A stretch of DNA of 64,000 bases from Hormiphora californensis (taxonomy: Eukaryota > Animalia > Ctenophora), in assembly GCA_020137815.1 (NCBI GenBank), contig CM035354.1:8556001-8620000 (forward strand), read 5' to 3'. Both the position numbers and the translations under genes were made by a program. Under the pieces are notes generated by a model, which ran no database searches, was not told the origin of the DNA, and worked only from the letters and a program-made list of their open reading frames with translations. Of this stretch, positions 13,273-33,100 are shown one piece after another; within the stretch, counting starts at the first letter, position 1, and each line of letters begins with the position of its first letter.

Positions 13273-15720
13273 CTAAAAAACGAACATGGGGAGATCTGAT
13301 TCCTCACAGTTGGGGATCTCGTTACAATAAATGTACCGGCTCATGAAAGAATCAGCTACGTAGCACCAAGGTTTGGCGTTGGTTTTTGGTGAAGGATTTC
13401 TACACTTGTTATGGTGTCCTATTCCGTAATTTCGAGCATTAGCTTCACTTGGGTGGTAGCTATGCGGGTGAGGCCAGTCGGAGTCCCATCTCTGGCAGGT
13501 GTGAGTGATATTCTTTTGTACCCCAGTACCTTGGTCTCCTCTGAAGGTGGACCTGGTGATGGAATTGTAACACAATACATCCCAAACACACGCTGGCACG
13601 CCACAACTTGACCACTCCCCATTTTCCACCTTACAAACTGGTCCACCTGGTGATTTCTCCCTATTTTGGCACGGTGTCACACATGTCTGTCCTTGGCTAT
13701 CAACCTTTTGGTAACCTGAGAAGTATTGCCCGTAGCCCTGAGTAGAGGTGTTGACATAACAGAATTTATTGGTTATGATTGGTGCCAGAATCATCTCTCG
13801 GGCCTCTACTGCTATTTGTTTACCCTGCTTTAGTGTAAATCGCTCTCCTGGACTGTTAGTGTAGGAGACCATCCAGTCACCTGCCACTACGGTTACTAGG
13901 GCAACATCAACTGGAACTGCTACCATATTATCATACCATTCCCCCACCATGGATCCGTTACGTGCATGTCCGATAATAATGGGTCCGACACATTGCGTGG
14001 GGGATGTAGCACCGGTTCTGTAAGTCGTGTGTGTCCTTCTTCCAGGACAACTTGTACACATTGCAGCTGCCTTACCTGGAGCAAATGTTCCTCTAGGACA
14101 TTTCCCACAACTAACAGAGCTGGTATTTGGGGCAAAATGTCCTGGCTCACAAGGTGTACACAGCCTGGAACCCCAGACCGGCGTTGAAGAACCTTTTAAG
14201 CACCCCATACACTTACTAGAGCCTTTTGCTGCTGCAAAAGATCCTGGTAGACAGAGGTTACACTGGTCGCTTCCATTCACAGCTGTGTAACTACCCTCCT
14301 CACAAAGAGTACAAGTAGCACTTCCGTTTCCTGCACTATAACTTCCTGTACTGCAAAGGGAACAACTGGCAGCGCCCCATGCTGCCTCTGTAGAGGTACC
14401 TGGCAAACAGAGATCACATTGGACTGCCCCAACTTCACTCGCAAAAGATCCTGGTAGACAGAGGTTACACTGGTCGCTTCCATTCACAGCTGTGTAACTA
14501 CCCTCCTCACAAAGAGTACAAGTAGCACTTCCGTTTCCTGCACTATAACTTCCTGTACTGCAAAGGGAACAACTGGCAGCGCCCCATGCTGCCTCTGTGG
14601 AGGTACCTGGCAAACAGAGATCACATTGGACTGCCCCAACTTCACTCGCAAATGATCCTGGTAGACAGAGGTTACACTGGTCGCTTCCATTCACAGCCGT
14701 GTAACTACCCTCCTCACAAAGAGTACAAGTAGCACTTCCGTTTCCTGCACTATAACTTCCTGTACTGCAAAGGGAACAACTGGCAGCGCCCCATGCTGCC
14801 TCTGTGGAGGTACCTGGCAAACAGAGATCACATTGGACTGCCCCAACTTCACTCGCAAATGATCCTGGTAGACAGAGGTTACACTGGTCGCTTCCATTCA
14901 CAGCCGTGTAACTACCCTCCTCACAAAGAGTACAAGTAGCACTTCCGTTTCCTGCACTATAACTTCCTGTACTGCAAAGGGAACAACTGGCAGCGCCCCA
15001 TGCTGCCTCTGTAGAGGTACCTGGCAAACAGAGATCACATTGGACTGCCCCAACTTCACTCGCAAAAGATCCTGGTAGACAGAGGTTACACTGGTCGCTT
15101 CCATTCACAGCCGTGTAACTACCCTCCTCACAAAGAGTACAAGTAGCACTTCCGTTTCCTGCACTATAACTTCCTGTACTGCAAAGGGAACAACTGGCAG
15201 CGCCCCATGCTGCCTCTGTAGAGGTACCTGGCAAACAGAGATCACATTGGACTGCCCCAACTTCACTCGCAAATGATCCTGGTAGACAGAGGTTACACTG
15301 GTCGCTTCCATTCACAGCCGTGTAACTACCCTCCTCACAAAGAGTACAAGTAGCACTTCCGTTTCCTGCACTATAACTTCCTGTACTGCAAAGGGAACAA
15401 CTGGCAGCGCCCCATGCTGCCTCTGTAGAGGTACCTGGCAAACAGAGATCACATTGGACTGCCCCAACTTCACTCGCAAAAGATCCTGGTAGACAGAGGT
15501 TACACTGGTCGCTTCCATTCACAGCCGTGTAACTACCCTCCTCACAAAGAGTACAAGTAGCACTTCCGTTTTTAGCGGTATAACTTCCGACAATGCATGG
15601 TTGACAGGATGTTTGATTTAGTTCCGGATTCTGGTAACCTGGTGAACAAAGCTCACATGATGTAGCATTGGTTTGGTTGCTGAAAATAAAAGAGAAGAAA
15701 TTTATAAATTAGCTATTTAG

Positions 15721-15800
<80 letters not shown>

Positions 15801-16187
15801 CTGGATTTGCGATCGGTATGATCGCCCCAGTTCTATTAGTAGTTAGATAATGGAAAAATGGAAATGAATTGAGAAAATCAGTCACCTGTATGTCCCGGGC
15901 AAGCACGGTTTGCATAAACCTTTTTCGTTTCTAAACTCTCCAGGATAGCACGTATCATTTGATCCTGGATTAACAAGGAGTAAGTAATTTGAGGGTTACC
16001 AAACGACACTAAATGTTTGTTGTGAACACTTGTCACCCAGAAATGTGCTACAAGCCATACCTTTACTATCTGATAGATATGTATCTATATCTTCTAGAAC
16101 GACTCCAAGGGTATCTTTAAGGATATTTCTGAAACTAGTCGTCGGTTGAACTACTGTTGTTACCGAGAGAAGGAGAAGAACAAACAT
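13273..16187 (-). CDS. Secreted Cys-rich (GCC2/GCC3, ephrin-receptor-like) repeat protein with a C-terminal mini-kringle and a full kringle domain
   Basis: Exons 16187-16061 (signal peptide MFVLLLLSVTTVVQP), 15964-15886 and 15679-13273, with GT-AG junctions in consistent phase (SKG|SNDTC, TYS|NQT). CxxCxxG(S/T)Y repeats; kringle motifs CQRWD, NKCRNP and PWCY. Confidence 0.88.
14234..15570 (-). repeat. Coding tandem repeat, 207-bp unit, ~6.5 copies
   Basis: Exact 207-nt periodicity; the copies differ at only three positions. Confidence 0.97.
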
Positions 16188-16801
16188 GGTTATCAAAGCG
16201 AAATAGGAAAACTGCAACTTTGTGCTGATATCACAGAGACATTATTTAATTTGTAAGTTGAGCTAGCTTATCATAAACTTGTAAACTTCTTTCTTATCGC
16301 CATAAAGTCTGTTTTTTTCAACTGTTCCCCCAAACTCGCGAAATTGTGAAATTTGTAATTTTTGACACGCACCACCCGTTAACATGTGATAGACACGCAA
16401 AACAAATCCGTGAACTAATTGAGGGGGGAACAGTTGAAAAACAAGAATAACTGCATTATGTTTCATAATGCTATGTTTCCCCGCCAACCTCTATTTTCAT
16501 AACTATCTAAATCTAATGTGAAGGCGGCCCAGACATTTCTCATCATTTATCAATCACTCAAACCGTATGGAACTTGGTCTTGTGTTTTAGTAGCACTAAA
16601 TTGCGTGCCACGATGCGCGGCTCACATTTCCTGAAAACGTGCCATTGAAGTATTTGATGAAGGAGCAACACTGTTGTCCCTCGCAACTGAGCGTGTTACA
16701 GCCAGTTTTGTGACCGTGACACCTCACTAGTATGTAAACTTGTCGAATTCCAAACCCCTATGCCTTTTTACAAAAGGGCGGGGAAAAAATGAAGTATATA
16801 G

Positions 16802-25752
<8,951 letters not shown>

Positions 25753-25796
25753 GTATGTGCATCTAAAATGGCATATTATATTAATATGTATATGTA

Positions 25797-25968
25797 CAGT
25801 CGGACCCCGATTTAGTGGCATCCTCGGGAGAAAGGGTTTTGTCATCAACTAAATCAGGGTTCCACTAAATCGGGGTCAAATAATTTTAATTTCCTATATC
25901 GGGGGAAAAATCCTGCCACTAAATCGGGGTGCCACTAAATCGGGGGCCACTAAATCGGGGTCCGACTG
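25797..25968. mobile_element. TA-flanked pogo/Tc1-like MITE (CAGTCGGACCCCGATTTAG TIR); further copies at 30657-30816, 32101-32682 (interrupted) and 60993-61164
   Basis: Perfect TIRs, TA TSD, internal CCCCGATTTAG repeats, multiple copies in the window. Confidence 0.9.
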
Positions 25969-26011
<43 letters not shown>

Positions 26012-26733
26012 GTGTATATAACATGTAATTGGAGATGGAACTAGATTGGGATTAAAAAAGATGTCGTGCACTCCTCACCTATACACCTTGATGCACTGTA
26101 CAGTGCATCAAACGTCCCGACCTTTTCCATTCGGCTTATCTTTTTTGGTGCTGACACATCAGCGTTTAAGACAATATGTCTGTTCATAAGTTGTAGGCAT
26201 ATAATAGTAGAAAGAAACCGTAAAACTTACCAGAATAAGAAGCTAATCGGAGTTGGACGTTTGACTTGCTGTACATACCACATTATTAAACAATTTGCGA
26301 TTGATTAGTCTAAATAATGTTTATCTTTAAAATTGTAAAGGGGCGGGTGGCTACTACAAACAAAACCACACCCACCCTGACACCCCAAATAAGCATTTGC
26401 TAGCAAACCGGTACGATCACAAACTTGGAAAACTATCTGTCTCTGTCGCGGTCTCTCTCTATCTCTCTGTCGCTGTCTCTCTCTGTCGCTGCGCCAAAAC
26501 GAAGCCCGCGTAGCGGGCAGAGAGGCGACGGCGCCACCAACAAAAAGTTCTAAATCCAGCCGTATTTGCTCAATTTGTTCTACAAGAATTAAGTGGTGCG
26601 TATGACGTATGTATGTATTTTATAGTCCGAAAACCAATTAAATTAAAAAGTTTGGTTGCCCGGTCCCATGTGGTGTCACGGGGGTAACACTACTGCCATA
26701 ATCATTGGCATATCTCGTTAATTGTTATCCTTC

Positions 26734-26735
<2 letters not shown>

Positions 26736-26814
<79 letters not shown>

Positions 26815-26838
26815 GTCTCTGTCTCTCGCTCTCGCTCT

Positions 26839-26913
<75 letters not shown>

Positions 26914-26928
26914 CTCTCTATCTCTCTC

Positions 26929-26998
<70 letters not shown>

Positions 26999-27022
26999 TC
27001 TCTCCTCCTCCTCCTCCTCCTC
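26736..27022. repeat. (CT)n microsatellite (others at 15724-15796, 56685-56848, 63690-63770, 63965-64000)
   Basis: Direct inspection. Confidence 0.95.
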
Positions 27023-27135
27023 TACGTCAACCTCCGGGGTTTCTATACAGTAAAGTCTCCTCTTATTGATTATTGGTGTTTTGCCCGCATTTTTCACACA
27101 CAGTAGTTTGCTTTGAATGTTGATTCTCTGGTGTT

Positions 27136-30100
27136 ATGACTGACTACCAGCGATTGCCTGAAAAAGACGAAAAAGAGGAATCAGCTGACTCTACAATTCA
27201 TCAAGGTATGGTAGTTTTAACTTTAATTCACGTGTCATTGTCCTGTTTAGAGTTAGCACAATTTTGCAGTAGTGTTGTACAGTCACTTTTCCCAGGGCGA
27301 GTTATGGCACGAGTGTTGACGTTACTACTGGGGGTGACTATTGTTGCAGCTTTTATCACACTCATTTTTCACCTCATTTTAACAGATCTTGAGGAAAGTA
27401 CTAGTCCAATACAGAATACTTACCTAACGTCGTCGCCATCGTCGCCACCAGTAAACAATGTTAAAGTAATTGTTCCCAGTGGAGATACTTCAAAATACAA
27501 GGTATTGATTGACAACATGCCATATGCACATATAGCCCCTTCGATATTATATTTATGTTTCTTTTCAGCTAATTACATTGCGAAACGGTCTCCGGATTAT
27601 GCTGGTTAACTCTGATCAGAATACTGCCGCCATGGGACTTTGCATAGGGGTAAGTAAATCACGAAAAAAGAAAGAAACGGATTTTTAAAAAACTAACAAT
27701 TGTTCAGGGTGGAAGTATGCTCAACCCATCGGCTTATCCAGGATTGGCACATTTTACAGAACACGCCATCTTCAGCGGGTCCAAAAAGTATCCATCATCT
27801 GGTATGGAAAAATTCAGAAAATCGACCAAGTAGGGCCAACACGATTTTCATAGCAATTTTATCACAGGAAAGTTTCTTCGCTATATAGAGCGTAATGGGG
27901 GACAAAGAGGAGCATTTACAAGTTTCTCAGCAACTATGTTTAACTTTCTTATACAAAATGATGCTCTGGAAAAAGGCTTGGATATATTTACTGATTTAAT
28001 AAAAAGTCCACTCTTCAACCAAGATGTAAGTTAAATAAGTACAGTGAAATAACACTAACAATTTTTTAGTGATGTCACTAACAAAATTTGTTAGTGAAAA
28101 CATGAAAATTTGTTAGTGTCAGCCATTCCTAACCATGCCAGCACTTTTAATGCTTAACTGGGGGGGGGGACATGTTAATTGTTAATAAATCACCTCTTTT
28201 TTTCGATTTTGTTAATTAACGTTAATTAATAAAATTAACAAAATTAACAAATGCTAAAAGACTGTTCTTATTGGTTGATAATACGACTTTAACTGGTTTA
28301 ATTTTTTAGTTAAATGAATTATCTAACACATATATACCCAAACAAAGCCTTTTACGATAACCAAAGTCCGACATACAGGTTTTTTGGCTCAAAATCGATA
28401 AAATTCCAAAAGTTACAAATTTTTCAATTTAGCGTATAAAATCTCACTTAAACGTAATTTTTAAATTGGTAATCGATTCTTTGGACTTAATAAGATGATG
28501 TACAACGTTTCTGTTGAAAAAAGAAATAAAATTTTCCCAAAATCAATTTTTTGGTCAAGGATTGAAAATTTGCTTCGCTACAAATCCTTGTGTTTTTTTA
28601 GAAAAATTGATTTTTGGGATATTTTTCGTTTTAAGGTAAATTCATGAGTCTTATTTAGTTTTTAGGGTGCGAAAATGTGGATTAGGGTCATTTGACTTCA
28701 ATTACGGTTTAGTTTGGCTAGTATTTAAACTAGATTAAAGACTCATCTTTTTAGACTAGCGTATGAGTGAATAGTTGTTTTCGAACTTGTAACTTGTACT
28801 TTTTACCGCTTGATGTGACTTTTCTTGAATTGAGAGGTTAAATTGTAACATGAGTTTTCTACCTCATGACGTGTGACAATTCTTGAACTGAGAGGTTAAA
28901 TTGTAACTGAGTTTTCTACCTCATGACGTGTGACTTTCAACGTATATCTTCAATGCTGTATTATGAACTTGTTTTTCTGAGTAGAGACTGAGTTGAGACT
29001 GTACTGAGACTTAACTTTTGGAGCTCTTCTTTATTGTATGTCATGGAGTTGTTTCTGTATCACTGTGTGTGGTGTGTAAGTAATGAATTTCTGAATGAAA
29101 TAGTATTTATATTGATTTTGAAATTTACTGAGCATGGGTTAAGAACGAGTTACGAGTTCTATGTGTGTTTATGTTACGAATTTCATTCCAGTGTTTCTGT
29201 ATCAGCTTGTCGTATAGAGTGTGGAGGACTAGGTTCTGTTAGGATCTTCTAGGTTTTACGGCTAGACAGTAGTTCGTGTGTGTGTGTTTCTAACTTTTTT
29301 AAACAATTTTCTATCTTTAACTAATCTAACTCTAATTTATTATCTCCGGCCAGTATCTATGCATAACATTTTATCTAATTATTCCAAGACGACCGCTTTA
29401 GTCGCGGTGGAGAGATGTTCATACAACACTAGCCATTAGGTTTTTTAGTTGTTTCCTCCATTTATAACGCATAAAAGCGGTATATCAAATGTATATTATT
29501 ATTATTATTATTATTATTTATTAACATTTACAAAATGGAATAAATCGCTGTAGAAAAGCCGTAGTAGAGGTAGTAGGGGTATGTAAATTGTACAGAATGA
29601 ACAACTTTGCTCGCAGAACAAGTGTTAAATACTAAAAATACGTGCTGAAGGGGATTTAGATGGCATAAATGGCATTTGTTAACGTTTGTTAACTTTTTGT
29701 TAATTTTGTTAATAAATCACCTGTTTTCTCGATTTAATATTAACAAAGTTAACAAAATTAACATGTCCCCCCCCCCCGCTTAACTATCCTATTTCAGCAT
29801 ATTGAACGAGAGAAGATTTCAGTACAAAGTGAATTTGAAAAATATCGAGCACAAGGCTCCACAATTTTCAGTGCCATACTATCTGACATCGGGGACCCTA
29901 AACACCCCTGCAATAGCTTCGATATGGGACACAAGGCTGCTTTTGATTCTAAAGACTACAGAGAGAAGATAATTTGGCTTCACAACAACTATTACAAGGC
30001 AAACTTTGTAAGTTTTAAAAAGGAGTTAATTAAGAACTGTGAACGAAAGTCAGTTTTTAATTTGATAATGTTGTGTCAATTATTTGGTCCGGTGACAGTA

Positions 30101-33100
30101 TTTCATGATGAAAAATTCAGATGACTGCAGTACTAGCTGGAGATTTCAGTTTGAATGAACTGGAGGCAATGGCTAATAAGTATTTTGGCGCTATACCATC
30201 TTCAACTCTAGCTAAACCACCTGGAGCTCACAGGAGTACACATCCAGAGAAATATCTTGGCCAAGAAGCTTACTTCTTTTCTAAAGATTCTGCTTCCGCA
30301 ATATATGCTTACTTCCCAATAACTTCTAACGAGAAAGAAATGGTAAGAATATGCACTACTATGTAGCTTCAAAACTGGATAACAATATAATGATAATTTC
30401 AGAGACTGCTAACTTTCAGTACCATCCCCCCTACAATTTGATACTATTTTACAGGCCAGAATTAGGAATTTGCCTTTCATCGCTTCAGTTTTAGACTCAG
30501 GATTGTCTCAATATCTCAGTGGGAAGGGTCTTGCTACATACGTTTCAACAGTCATAAATGAAACGCCTCGATCGAATACTGCCTTCAAACTTATTATAGT
30601 TCCTACAAGCTCAGGTATGTTAAGCGAATACTTTTATCATGCTATTGTATATTATACAGTCGGACCCCGATTTAGGGGCCCCCGATTTAGTGGCACCCCG
30701 ATTTAGGGACAGGATTTTTTCCCCCGATATAGGAAATTAACCTTATTTGACCCCGATTTAGTGGACACCCCGATTTAGTGGACAAGAGCCTTTCCCCCTA
30801 AATCGGGGTCCGACTGTACCAAAAACTATTCAAGATTTGTTAGTTGAAGTTAGCCAACTTATTTGATTCATTTTTTTCTCTTATAATCGTTGTAAGTAAG
30901 AGGAAATAGTAAAAGCGTATAGTAGAGTCGATAACTACATCGACCTCTCCCAATTGTTCCAGTTTTTGTCACATCTGTTTGGAGCCTCCACACGACCTCT
31001 AAACAGGTGTTACTTTTTCACAAACTGTCTTCATCTTGGTGTAATCAGCAATTGAAATGTTGTTGATCATAACAAAAACCGAACTATTTTTTTTCAACTT
31101 GGGGTAAAACCATGGGTGTCAAAAGTTAGCTCTAGGTCCCCTGAGTAACCATCCGGAGACTCTAAGAGATATTTCAAGCCGTTCTCCTGTAATCATTAAT
31201 CCCGGTAGAGCACATATTTGAGTATGGACGTACGTGCAATTGCCTACAACCTCAACTTTAAACAGCCTGCCAGCGCTCACGTACGTCCGCATTGTATTTT
31301 TTCTCCACCGGGATTAATGATTACGGGAGAACGGCTTGAAATATCTCTTAGAGTCTCCGGATGGTTACTCAGGGGACCTAGAGCTAACTTTTGACACCCA
31401 TGGTTTTACCCCAAGTTGAAAAAAAATAGTTCGGTTTTTGTTATGATCAGCAACATTTCAACTGTTGATTACACCAAGATGAAAACAGTTTGTGAAAAAG
31501 TAACACCTGTTTAGAGGTCGTGTCGAGGCTCCAAACAGATGTGACAAAAACTGGAACAATTGGGAGAGGTCGATGTAGTTATCGACTCTACTAGTAAGTT
31601 CTAGTCGGCCGACTGTATTTTTCAGGCGTGTGTTACCGTTCCACATTGTTTCGATATGTCTTTGGGTATATCGATTATGTAAAATCGAAAATCGAGCAAC
31701 ATCATATCGATGACTTTGTGAAGGAAGAGTTTTTTGAGTAAGTAGTACTTAATTTAATGTCGCTGCGAGGGATTCTTTAAATGGCAACTATTGTTATTTA
31801 AATGTTTCGTTTTTAGGTGGCATTACGGTGATAGTGCGAATGATATGAACTCTATATCTCTGGATGGAGCTTGTAGAATACAAGATGAAGGACCTCAGTT
31901 TTTACTTGATCCACCTCGGAGGGCGGCCAATTTAGCAGATATCAAACTTCTTCTAAGCAAATTAACCCCTCGTAATATGAACATCATTCTATGTAAGCTG
32001 AAGTAAATATAATGAAAGCGTAAGTAGGTAAATGATATCGATTTTAATGAATGGTATAACTATCAGATATATATTATATAAATAAACTACGGATGAAATA
32101 CAGTCGGACCCCGATTTACCGGATTTAAAGTGAGAGTGGACCGACACATAATTGGACAAGATTGTTATAGGTAGTAGTTCTCTGAGCATTTTGCCTTTTT
32201 CCTGCTTAAATTGAACCCTCCATCACTGAAATATTTTTGTTACAACGGTAGAATTTCCTTCTCTGTATTCTCTCTGTAGGTAGTACATCAGGCCCGGGCG
32301 CACACACATACCGAATATAGAGATAGATCGTGACGTCATTCTCCCGTTGTAACAAAAATATTTCAGTGATGGAGGGGTCAATTTTAAGCGGGAAAAGGCA
32401 AAATGCTCAGAGAACTATTCTCTACTACCTACAACAATCTTCTTCAATTCTGTGTCGGTCTACTCTCACTTCAAAGTCAATTTTTCACCCTCCCCTTTTT
32501 CGTGTGTGGAATTTTTTTTTCGCTCCTATGACCTATCACATGTTAACGAGTAGTGCACGCGTCAAAAACGATAAATATATTACACACGAGTTAAGTTTGG
32601 GGTGAACAGTTGCGAAAAAAGGACTTTACTGGACGGATTATTTCCCCGGCCCCGGGCATCCCGGTAAATCTGGGTCCGACTGTATAAATGTATGTAATCA
32701 TATGCAATTTCAGCACTGGATGAGTCTTACAAAGAATCCGGAAAATGCAGTTTCTTACCTTTAATGAAAAGGTCCAATAAAAGACGCGAAAAGTGGCACG
32801 GTTTTGAATACTATGTTCGTAAAATTCCAGAACAGTGGAAAACCAGTTGGGATCAGTCGAAAACAACACATGGCAGCCTACCGTATCATGTTCCACAAAA
32901 GATTATCCCAAGACAACTCAAAAAGATTCCATATGCGGACTTCCAGAATGAACCAGCGATTATAAAATACCAATATGGTAAATTAAAGTGAGAATGGACC
33001 GAAACAGAATTGGACAAGATTTTTGTAGGTAGTAGAGATTATTTCAAGAGATAGATGCGTGACGTCATGCTCCCAACATAACAAAAGTATCTCAGTGATG

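Noticed and set aside
14277-15518. Six repeated 68-aa ORFs (MEATSVTSVY...)
   Set aside because: Alternative-frame shadows of the 207-bp coding repeat.
27206-27295. Second hydrophobic segment in the ORF-track protein 27136-27609
   Set aside because: It is a canonical 90-nt GT-AG intron that happens to be stop-free; there is no evidence for retention.
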